This document shows, piece after piece, positions 24,373 to 35,590 of a stretch of 64,000 nt of DNA (its first letter is position 1; every line of letters begins with the position of its first letter). The DNA lies in assembly GCF_963853765.1 (NCBI RefSeq), contig NC_088855.1, positions 9,610,001-9,674,000 of the forward strand. The letters are read 5' to 3'. The notes under the pieces are model-generated. The model worked only from the letters and a program-made list of their open reading frames with translations. It did no database searches and was not told where the DNA came from. A program made the translations under genes and the position numbers. This stretch comes from Magallana gigas. Its lineage: Eukaryota.

Positions 24373-24378
24373 AATAAA
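24373..24378 (+). terminator. Candidate BBS5 polyadenylation signal AATAAA
   Basis: First AATAAA, about 75 nt after the stop codon. Confidence 0.45.
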
Positions 24379-24512
24379 ATTATCAAAAAATTATATTGAA
24401 CTCACAGTATAAACTAGCAACATTTGCAGTCATTGGTTAATATGCCCTTTCTTCTAAATACGTACAAAAATTACCACCTGGTAAGTTTTAATTTATTCAT
24501 AAACCTGTATAC

Positions 24513-24734
24513 TAGTGTGGAATCATTAAAATTTGTGGGGGCCAATTTTCGTGGATTGCTTAAATTTTACAGGTTCGTGGGGATGTAATTTCGTGTATTC
24601 TCGTATACCTACAAAAGGAAATATTACTTTATTGCTTAAATTTATTAATTCATGGAGGATGTTAATTCGCGGATAAGAGGTACCACAAATTCAACGAAAA
24701 TTGAGCCACCACGAAATCTAATGATTCCACAGTA
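24513..24734. mobile_element. TA-flanked MITE, family B
   Basis: Ends tagtgtggaatcatt and aatgattccacagta (1 mismatch). A related right end is at 59180-59200. Confidence 0.75.
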
Positions 24735-26384
24735 TGCTCATTATGCTTAATATGGTACTTTAAAGCATAAAAGTTTCCACTTAAAATTACTGCTTACTTG
24801 TAAAATATTCATTAAGTCAATGAATGTAATATTAATGTAGTAGAACCTCAAAAAGATCCAGTGCTAGTGAAAATGTCATTCAGATAACACCTCTTTATTA
24901 AAAAGTCTCCTGGGATCTTTAAAGTACCAGCAAAATTGAAATCTACAGACAATATATGTATTTCCTGTTGTTTTGCCAACCCTTTACTACCATTATGCGA
25001 GTTCCGCATAGCAGGTGTTTGCATGTGCTCACCAGAATTCCCTATTCTCTAACACAAATTTTGGTACATGCTTCAACAAAGTTGATGTTACTTTGAGATA
25101 TTTTTGACAGTTTCTAGTTTCATCAGATAGACATGATGTTCAAATAGTCAACTGAATATAATACAAAATGTTACTTGTATGGATGAAAGATAAAGGGGAA
25201 TAACTCCTCTCAAAATGGAAATAAAATTGCTTAACGATAGTGGATAAATGTGTTTCCTGTACTTATTAATAATTACATTTTATTCTAGAAGAAATATTTT
25301 TGCTCATCATAATTAAGCACTTGTTTTAATAGAATTAAGTGTACATGTTTGTATTTACTGAGTGATTATAAAAACTCGATCCTTCCTGAAAACTATAAAC
25401 CTACACCAAGGGTCATCTATTTCCCAATTTTGTTGAGTTTTTCATGCTCATCAAAAATATGCACTCAGTTCGCCTGCTAAATGTCAGCAAGTTGAGGAGA
25501 TTTTGAAATAGTTTATGAATGCTCACAATATCAGAAATAGAATTTCACCTTACACCAGATCCTTGATTCACTCAAATTTCAGGCAAGACCAAAATAACAT
25601 TATTGTTTGATTGGAAATGCCTCCAGCCTCATTGAAATACCCCCGCTATTAAAAATTTATTAGCAAAAAATAGAGAACTTTCTTATTATATTGTGATTTT
25701 TATTTTTCACCAATTTTCAATAAGTTAAACGTCAAGTTTGAAAAAAATTCCCTCCTTCCCTGCTGGGTCTAGAAACCTCCAGACGGCAATTCCAAACAAA
25801 CATTTCTTTTAATATGGCCTAAATAAAAGAAATAGTGCATTCAGATATCGTGAGTTAAAACACTGCTGTGATGCCATTTCTTTGTTCCAGCAGTCTAAAA
25901 TTTTACCTGTGACAGTTCAATTGTAGTGAGCTTCTTAACTTTAACATTGGACTGTCTCATGTAAATCAACAATGAAATTCAATGGCAGCATTTTAGGTAC
26001 CATATATGCCTCAAACACTTCTGTATGAAAAATTATCAGACAGTTCTCCGCCCTAACAGGCCTTGTCTGTCTGATAATTTTTTCTACAGAACTGTTTTCA
26101 GCATATATCCATTACATATATCTGTAACTATGATATTAGTCATATCACAAAAATGACAACCAGCACAATGTATTATGTTGTACATGTTCTACATTTTAAT
26201 TGTAAAATTACCGGTATTAGCTCTGACCTCACAAATTAAAACAGAAAATTCTTAATAATATCTTTCTTCATGGTAATCAAATGAAAAAAGGTATGGTACA
26301 CTTCAACATGTCTTGATGGTTTAAATATTTCAGTCACTAAATTTGAGAATAGCACATGTAATGCAGTCAATATTTTGTCTATGA

Positions 26385-28204
26385 TCATCCCACCATGGTC
26401 CTCTTCCTGCCCCTCATTCTCACCTCCTCAAGTTTTGCTATGACATCTTTAGACCCTGTATCATTGCTCTTGCAGTAAGCCTCCAGTATAACATTGAATA
26501 ACTTCTCTGTGTTTGGATGAGTGCTTATAAGTGCACGCTCTAAAACATACAAGTCAACTCCTTTGTCTTCCGACAGATTTTCAAAGAAACTTAAACCAAA
26601 ATCAATAAGACAAAGTCTATTATTTGAGGGATCTCCTTGAAGAAGCATGTTTGAAGTTGTCAGGTCTCCATGTACAATGTTCTGCTTGTGCATAATACCC
26701 AGCGTGTGTCCGATGGTATTTGCAAGGGGAGTGAGAGTTTCTATGGCTTCTACTGCTGTCTTACTGCTCTGAACACTCTGAATGTAGTCCCTTACAGTTA
26801 CGGAATCTAGCATTTCTTCCATGTAGATACAGGAGGAATCCATGTTCACAAAATACACAGTTGGAGTGAGGATACCTGTGAAAGATAAAAAAATATATCT
26901 CTAGCTGGAACATCTGATGGAAAGAAATAATAGAATCATTTTAACAAGAGCTTGAACATTATGTAGATTAGTCAGATGGCAATGTGACATAGTCCTATCT
27001 AATCCATTGCTTGCAACTAAGCCATGGCTCTTAGAAATAAATAAGATTTGCATGGGTTTGGAGCTAAGATCATGCAATTGGTGCATATTATGCTTGACAC
27101 CAGCATCATTTTTAACTTGTTTTGATGCAAGTACCGTAATAGATAGTTATGTCCCACTTAAAGCCCACGGTCTTGTTAAAATGATTCTAAATCACAACAA
27201 GAGAGACAGAGAGAAAGAGAGAGACAGAGTGTGTGTGAACTTGTTGAATATACCCTTGTACATGCATATGTACCTTTTTACCAACTTGCAAAATGAGCGG
27301 TCAGTGGGTTTTATAATTTTATTATAACAAACAAGTCTATAGCAAGTACTTAAATTCATCAAACCCTGAAACCTAAATTTAACATTAACAGGGACCTAGT
27401 TTAGACAGACAAGACGGGGATGCAGGAGAAAAGTAGCTAGCAAAATCAGCTGTCTCCCTAATCAAATAAGGAGTTACTTTATATAGGGGACAGAACAATA
27501 GAAAACTGTCATTAAAGTTATTGGTTATTGTATAAATTGGGCGTTACCAGGGTAATAGAAGTAAATCACATCCAGATTGGAATACTAATAATAATAAATA
27601 TAAATAAAATCTCGATCTACCACACATGGAAACCTTTAAAAAAATAATTCTATTTTATTTCAGTTATAAAGTTTGAAGCATGTCAAGACTATAAAAAATG
27701 ACTCCCTTCAGAAGAGTCAGAAAATTTTCTGACTGTCGTCTTATCCGAAGATTCAGTAGAGATAACAATGAATGAATTTTAAATAAAATGAATTATATAA
27801 AAGAGTAAAGAAAGAAACTTAGAATATTGCACAGTTTTTAACCATAAATGCATGGAATAAAGATCACAGAAAGAAAGATAATCAGATATACCCCGTCTGT
27901 TTATAAATTCATAAATAGAGTATATCTCTTTTTCCCCATACATTTAACGGTTTATTGATAGAAATTCAGAGGCCTTTGGTAAAGATATACTACATTTACT
28001 ATAGCAAACAACTATAAGTGTCATACCACTCATCCTACATCTCAACATTGCTCTTATTTCAGACTTCACCCTTTGAGCTGTCAGTGATTTGTCAAGAATT
28101 GGGTGTCTGTATGATTTGCTAAATCGTTCTTTGACGATGCATGGCTTTCCATAAAAGTCCGTTTTATGAATCTTTGCTTCAGCACCTTGTTTCCACAATT
28201 CCAT
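26385..28204 (-). CDS. TP53RK: TP53-regulating kinase / Bud32 (KEOPS complex), 222 aa, 2 exons
   Basis: Exons 28027-28204 and 26385-26875 joined by a GT-AG phase-1 intron. Motifs KQGAEA, KERFSKSYRHP, HGDLTTSNM, IDFGLS, EDKGVDLYVLERA and RGRKRTMVG*. Confidence 0.97.
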
Positions 28205-28574
28205 GTTGTCTCGCTCGCTCCTCGCATGAAATATTATGCTCACACTCTTTTTTCATTTTATTCAAATTCGATATTTTTGCCTTTAGTAAAACACAGATAT
28301 GATAAAGATTAAATATTCTACCTTTTGAATCTCCAGAAACAAAAGAGCTAGGGATAAGTCATTAATTTAAAACCCTATAAAATATCATAGGCATCTCTAT
28401 TTTATATATAAAATCCCAAAAATTGAAGCGTAATCTAGTTGAATTATTTTTCAAACATTGACCAATTAAAATGTTTTTTATTAATCGTTATGAATATAGA
28501 TAATATTTTCTTTCAATGTTTAAATTTATATTAATAACTTCTCCTGGAGCACCTTGCAGACAGCTGCTTTTAGA
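28205..28574. promoter_or_regulatory. Candidate bidirectional promoter TP53RK/GDAP1
   Basis: Divergent ATGs only 370 bp apart. Confidence 0.55.
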
Positions 28575-31445
28575 ATGGCACAATCCAAGGCAGAGAAAAA
28601 ATTTACATTGTATTATTTTCCCACTTCATATTCTTCTCAAAAGGTAACCAATTTATTTATCGGGTAAATGATTTTAACTTGTCGATGATACTATCCACTG
28701 ATTAATTCATTTCAATGGACTTATAACGTTATGTGTTTGATCTTCACTATCTTGTCATGCACGTGAAGGTCAAAATGACAGAACTTCACTGTATTTACAG
28801 ACTAGAAAAGTAAACAAAGTGTAATTAGAGAAAAAAGTGAAAATTGATGTGCCAACATTCAGCCGAGATTACTTTTATTTAGTTTTCTTTTGAGTCTTTA
28901 CTGTATTACCGCGGTACTACATATTGTTTGAAACATCTTTTATAACCAGGGAATGAATGAAAGGCAAATAACATCCAAGAAAACATAGTTTTACCATAGT
29001 TATTTATATAACTTTTTCTAAGAGAGAGAGAGAGAGGAGAGAATGAGAGAGAGAGAGAGAGAGTTTTAAGAGTTAAGTTTTATGACATAATTTTACATTT
29101 CTGGAATTATATTTTTAACAAATACAGGTACTGCTTGCTTTATTTGAGAAAGAGCTAACGTTCACCCCACGCCTTGTAAGTTTGTTTTCTGGACAACACA
29201 ATCAACCATGGTATGTCAAACTAAATCCAGAGGGGGCACATGTTCCTGTTCTCAAAGATGAGGCAGCAGACATGATCATCAATGAGCCTGAAAACATTAT
29301 GGAATATGTGGACAAATCCTCAGAAAATGGTAAAGAGTGGTTTATCTATTTAAGTTTTGTTGACAAAATGTGTTTCTAGTGATACTGGTATTATACATGT
29401 TAATTTATGCCCTCCAGCTACAGTGTATGCTTTACAAACTCATTTATTTTCTTAAGCAAAGTACAGTTGTCTTTTCAGTATCTCAAAATGATTCGTTTAT
29501 AATTAAAGTAATTCACCATCAGAAACTCAGGGCTGGTCTTTCATATACACAAATACTGGTCATTGACCAATTTGTTAAACTTTCCTTAGTCCTAATTATG
29601 ACCGTGCATGTATTTACTGTTTATAGTCAAGAGTGAAAATGATTATTCATAGACCTTAAAAAAATGTTCTTTAAAAACATGCTTCTGTTTATGAGGTTGC
29701 ATTTGTGTTTTCATTTACATGAAAGTGTTAACTTCAGAAGGAGCTAAAATGAAAAAGAATGGGAATTATGAAATAGTGAAAAGTTCAGACCTTGGGTTTC
29801 TGACAATGGAAGTAACATACAGTGTTAATCAAACAGGAGGTTTACATAAACAAAATTTCATATTTATCTATTATAATAATAGTATAATAATTATTATCAT
29901 GATTATGAGCTTTTTTGTGATTAGTTATTAGAGTATAACTCTTTTATGTTAAATCTTTTAATTCAGCATGAAGTTTGTAAACAGATGTGGCATAAATTAC
30001 ACCTGGAGTAATAAATTAATTTTTTCTACAAGTTTAATATGTAGAAAAATCTAGCTCTGGACGCTTATCACGCCACAGTTTGAAACTGCAGGCTTTATAA
30101 CATGTTGCATGTTTCTCATGTTCTCAGGTGAGACATTATTTCCTGATGAATCTTCAGAACTTGGAAAACAGGTTAGACAGCTTTGTAAGCGGTTGGATAT
30201 GGTGGAAATGGACATTATAACCTATGGTATTATTTATCATCCACATCTGTCCGAGGCAGGGTGTCAGATTTCAGGGGCGGAGCAAAGGAGTATGAGGGGT
30301 CAGTATACTTCTTATCAATTAAAATCATGTTTGTTTTTTACTTAGAATTTATAAACATAATTGTTTGATATTATATAGTTAATTACAGTAAATCTAGTTA
30401 AAACTGGTGTACTGCCATATGAAGCTCTGGATGCTCAAAAGAATAGGCAGAATGGTAAAACCAGTGCATGTCTGCCCAATGCTAGATTATTAAGATGAGG
30501 AATGTAGCAATACAGTGTCTAGGTTGTGTCACATTTTTAGTTTTCATTTACTTGAAAAGTCTTTTGTGTGGATATAGCAATAATTAAATTTATTTTTTTT
30601 TCCAGAGAATTTTGCAAATCGACTGAGTTACTTAACAGAGCTAGCAGCAGCTCATCCTGCACTAAGGGACAGCTACCTCACAAAAAGCCAAATTGCAGCT
30701 CAAAAATTTGACACCATAACAGATGAAGCCAAAGTTAAAGGTCACCTAGAGGCTCTTAAGCGTCTTATGAAAGATATCGAACAACAGCTGAAAGATCTGA
30801 AAGAGAGTAGGTCTTATTTGCTATGCATGAAATAAAAATATGAATTGCACAAAATATGAACTGGCCTGTGTAATTAAACAATTAAATTAGGTGACACTCT
30901 GAGCCAAAAAAATTAAAAGCTTTGCAATCATTTTATTTTTCCCTAGCTGTATCAAGTCAACTTTTAAAGATGATTTTGGTTCTTGATATGAATTATTAAT
31001 TTAAAAGCATCAAAACTTAAAATAGAAGTAAAAACTAATAAACATGTAGGAATTTCCAAGGTATTTACAATGTGTAAAAAAAACACAACTAATGTATTAT
31101 GATTGCTTTTTGTCTGCAGAGAATGGAGATGTGGCAGATGTACTATGGTTGTTTGGACCAATGTTTACGGCTGCCGATATCCACCTAACGGTTTTGTTAA
31201 ACCGCTTGACTTTGCTAGGCATGGACAAATATTATTTCCCACCAGACCAGTGCCCTCACATTGACAGTTATTTCTCACAGGTGAAGAAGCGTCCCACTTA
31301 TATACGACTGGAGAAAGAAATCTCAACTTTGAGACTCACTTTACTTTGGGAAAACCTCAAAGCCTGGTCGCCTTTCTTAGCAGGGGCTGCTGGGATAGGC
31401 GTAGTTGCGGGAGGAGCCTATCTAGTTTATCAAAAAAATAAATGA
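28575..31445 (+). CDS. GDAP1: GDAP1-like tail-anchored GST-fold protein, 322 aa, 5 exons
   Basis: Exons 28575-28643, 29128-29329, 30128-30298, 30606-30806 and 31120-31445 in frame (969 nt). Motifs LYYFPTSYSSQKVLLAL, NQPWYVKLNPEG..VPVL, ITYGIIYHP, WLFGPMFTAADIHL..LLNRL, YFSQVKKRPTY, and a C-terminal hydrophobic anchor plus basic tail. GDAP1 versus GDAP1L1 cannot be separated. Confidence 0.9.
29021..29063 (+). repeat. Imperfect (GA)n microsatellite in GDAP1 intron 1
   Basis: Direct reading. Shorter GA runs near 6172 and 27203. Confidence 0.85.
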
Positions 31446-33185
31446 GGTAGACTTTAGGGACTTTCGAATGAACATTGTTGTAATATGGTATTGTAGAGAA
31501 AAAAAGAGTGTAGCACAAGTCCATAGAAGGGTTTAAATGTATGACTTGCTTTTACTGTGGATTTTTTCCTTAATATTCACCAGATCTTTCAGTTTAAAAA
31601 TTTTGCATTTAAATCTTAATTGACATGTTGGTCCATTTTTTGATGAATTTTTAATGTCTATCAGTGCAATTTTAATATTATTTTATAGTTTTGGTGCTTC
31701 CATTGAACCTTTTTCTGTCATGTTCATTTTTTGGAAGTGTTTATGTTGAAATCAGTTGTGGTGTTCAAAATGTAGAGTAATGTTTGAGACATGTTTTACC
31801 ATTTTATATATTTTAACTGAAACCAGTTCATTTTAGAACTGACTTTTTGAAAGGTCGATATACGTATGTTGTGAATAATTTATAAAGATAATGGATAATC
31901 ATGGTGTTTTTTAAGGGTGGAGTAAGGGGATAGTGTTATGTACTGTTGGAACAAACATTAACCATTTAATTGTTAACAAGATTATTATTGGCATTATTTC
32001 CAGTATTTTTCAAGGTATGTCAAAGTACATACTACATAGCTGATGGAATAATCAGCTAATGGGTCTGGTCAAATCCCACATATTACAGATATCCTAGTCA
32101 TAATTAAAAGTGTCTCTCTTCAGTCTATTCAATCGGAGATTTTAGACTTCTTGATTCTCTTGGCACTCACTTATTGCAACAAATAGTATTAGTAGTATAT
32201 AATTATGAACAAGGTGAACTACTAGTATACATAAACAGTTTTAAGGCTGAAATGTAGCCTCAATTTTGATTTTATAGATTTATTTTTGTCTTTCTTGCTC
32301 TGTCACCACCCCCTCCCACCCTCCCACTTTCAAAATTCCCTCTTTTCAAAATTGTTTGCTTTTAAAGAAATTTGATTTTCATCGTTGATGGAGTGTTAAT
32401 GTTAAAATGGCTATTGCGTAATATCGGATATTATTTAAATTAATTATAGAAAATACAGGTATTCATTTTGGATACCATCATCTTCTCAAGTCAAGAGTTT
32501 AAGTTCTGATCAAACCCTTGTGAGGAGAGAAGCTGATCAGAAACTTGTAACTTGGGAAAATGGATTACCATATAGATGGAGATTTCTCTGTAATATTGCA
32601 GTACTGCACTAGGGCTTTTAATTTATGCCTTAAAATCTTTCTACAGTAATCCAGGTATGGGATAGTAAATATTGTTCTTAATTCTAATGCAACCAAAAAG
32701 GTAAAATGATGCACTTGAGCCATTCAAAGTAACTGTAGGCATTAGATTTGCAGGAAAATTGTATGGTCTATTTACAGGTTGTGTTTACATTCTGAGCATA
32801 CCTATAGTATTGATATTTTACACACAAATACTATTTACTGTTACTTACATTGTACATTTATATAGTATTGTATTTATAACTGATCTTTTCAAACAGTTTT
32901 AGCATGCAATGAGATTCTGTTCCATTTTCAAACTGCTGATTTACGAAAGTTTTAGAGACTGACAATGACTGTAGGAGAGTACTGTGTATTATTCCTCACC
33001 TTTTTTTTTGTCGTTGCTTTTTTGTTTCAGTTTTTGTGATGTATTGTGATAGTTATTGTTATAACAGAATAAACTTACAAGTTCAAGGATGGTGTTGGTC
33101 AGATCCATTCAAACTAAATGTACATGAAACTGGTACCTCGTATAAGTTTATCCACTCTGGTTAAAGTCAACTTGTAGATAATCTA

Positions 33186-33470
33186 ATATTATTATACAAT
33201 ACGTATGATACAATATTATATAATATACAATATTGTATCATACGATACAATATTATATATTTTGCAATATCATATGTAACAGTATCATGTGATGATATAA
33301 TTAAATAAATAATACAATATCATATTATACAATATTATATCATAATATACAATACTATACATAACAATATCATGATACAATATCATATCATAAAACATCA
33401 AAAAAATTGATACAATATCATATCATATATTACTTTTTACAATATAACATATGATATTATATTATATTAT
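33186..33470. repeat. AT-rich degenerate minisatellite
   Basis: Repeated atacaatat(c/t)at-like units. Confidence 0.75.
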
Positions 33471-33535
33471 TTTCATGCATTGTAACGAAGAATATCATTG
33501 GTTCTTTTGACATCACGTATCAAAGTATAAAAATG

Positions 33536-33638
33536 CAGATTGACCTGTACTTTCTAAAAATAAGCTTTAAAAACTCAGATTGACCTGTTCTTTCTAAAAA
33601 TAAGCTTTAAAAACTCAGATTGACCTGTACTTTCTAAA
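33536..33638 (+). repeat. 40-bp tandem repeat, ~2.6 copies
   Basis: cagattgacctgtactttctaaaaataagctttaaaaact starting at 33536, 33576 and 33616. Confidence 0.9.
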
Positions 33639-33929
33639 TATAGAAATAATTTTGTTTTAATCTTGCCAATTCTTCTTTGGAAAATAATATAACGAATGTA
33701 ACCCTTTCACTCGGTCAATCCATAGATATATCGACTTCACAGAAAAGCATATGCTTTTCTGTGAAGTCGATATATCTGTGGATCGACCTCATGAAAGGGC
33801 TATATTTGTATAGTATCATATTTAACAATAGTGTATCATATAAAATTATTATACAATACTTTATCATAGGAATCATGTTATATCATTTAAGAACAAACAC
33901 ATCTATCTATCAAGCAGGTTTGAGTGAGG

Positions 33930-35055
33930 TAGATTTTTTTAGCATCATTGATAATGGAGACCAGGCTCTGCATCTAAAGCTACCTCTGCATTTCATTTAT
34001 AATATAGTTAAATCAACTATGCAAGCTATTATCTATAAATCATGTGACCTGTTCCAAAAAACTAAACCTCATCCAGCATCTGAAACCTATGGCTCAGATT
34101 CAGCATTCATGCCTGTCAGGTGCATCAGTATCATAAGACACACCATCCATGCAAGTTTGGTGAATCTAGGATAAGTAATAACTAAGATATATTTTTTAGC
34201 ATCCTTGATAATGGAGATCAAGCTCTGCATCTGAATCTACCTCTGCGATTCATTCATATTATACATGTAGTTTAATCAACTAGGCAGGTTTGAAATAGTA
34301 CTATTATCTATTAAACATGTGACCAGTTCCAAAAAACTTTACCTTATCCAGCATCTGAAACCTATGTCTCAGATTCAGCATTCAAGCCTGTCAGGTGCAT
34401 CAGTATCATAAGACACACCATCCATGCAAGTTTGGTGAAGTTAGGACCAGTAGTTACTTAGATATCATCATCAAATGGGCACCTGCACAAAAACTTTAAC
34501 CAGCTCTAAAAACCTTAACCTCCTCCAGCATCTAAAACCCATAGCTCAGATTCAGCATTCAAGCCTGTCTGATGCATCAGTATCATAAGACACACCATCC
34601 ATGCAAGTTTGGTGAAGTTAGGACCAGTAGTTACTTAGATATAATCATCAGAGGGCACCTGCAACAAAAACTTTAACCAGCTCTAAAAACCTTAACCTCC
34701 TCCAGCATCCGAAACCCATAGCTCAGATTCAGCATTCAAGCCTGTCTGGTGCATCGGTATCATTATAAACACACCATCCATGCAACTTTGGTGAAGTTTT
34801 GACCAGCAGTTACTTGGATATTGCTCTCAAAGGGCACCTGCAACAAAAACTTTAACCAGCTCCAAAAACCGCAACCTCCCCCAGCATCTGAAATTTAGGA
34901 CCCAGATTCAGCATCCAAGTCTTTTAAGTCCATAAGTAGGTCTAGACGCATCATCCATGCAAGTTTGGTGAGGATAGGACAAGTAATAACTTAGATACAG
35001 GACCTGCAACAAAAACTTTAACCAGGTCCGGATGCCGATGCCGGGGGTGTAGCAT
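33930..35055 (+). repeat. Satellite-like tandem array with five copies of a ~110-bp core, probably inside a HINE/CvA-like element
   Basis: Core ccagcatc...catgcaagtttggtga starts at 34073, 34348, 34525, 34702 and 34881 (spacings 275, 177, 177, 179). Ends in ccggatgccgatgccgggggtgtagcat. Confidence 0.85.
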
Positions 35056-35590
35056 TTTTTTTAAAAATATTTTTTTAAAGGACTTATAAGGGTATCTATT
35101 GGCATGGCACTGGTGGAATAACAAGGCTGACCATATATCCCAATTTGGATTGTGTCTTTTCCAAAATGTATGGAGGGCCCATAAAAGTAGGTCTTTAAGA
35201 CTTGAATATAAAAGAAAGTAAAATTATAGATCTTTCTTTGAATACATTTAATAGTTATCTGTTGACAAAGTCATAAATACATGTACCAAATAAAAATTGA
35301 TCATACACTATTTTTTTATTGTAAACATCCTAACATTACAATAGATGAATACAACCAGCATCACTAATACAAAATGTTATAAATCATACAAGATTTCTCC
35401 ACATCATGATACAAAATGAAATAATTCATGATTGATTTTAACACAGATATAATGAGAGTTTCATTTTTCTGTGAACACTAATGCCACATAATTTCTTCAG
35501 AGTTCCTGATGGCACGAGGTGGTTTTTTATTCTGTATGACATATTAGATGATCTCTGTATGTTGGAATCTTCTCACTATGTAGGTAAATG

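Noticed and set aside
26866-26875. U12-type donor-like GTATCCTCAC in TP53RK
   Set aside because: It is the start of coding exon 2 (G-I-L-T), not an intron boundary.
27944-28243. GTG-initiated N-terminal extension of TP53RK in the ORF track
   Set aside because: The ATG at 28204 gives a family-typical start (MELWKQGAEA), and the ORF tail beyond 28027 is intron read-through.
33536-33638. CRISPR-like array
   Set aside because: Head-to-tail 40-bp tandem repeat with no unique spacers, in a eukaryotic context with no cas genes.
33677-34174. 165-aa ORF, the longest unexplained ORF in the track
   Set aside because: TTG start, runs through the satellite array, and no protein-like motifs.
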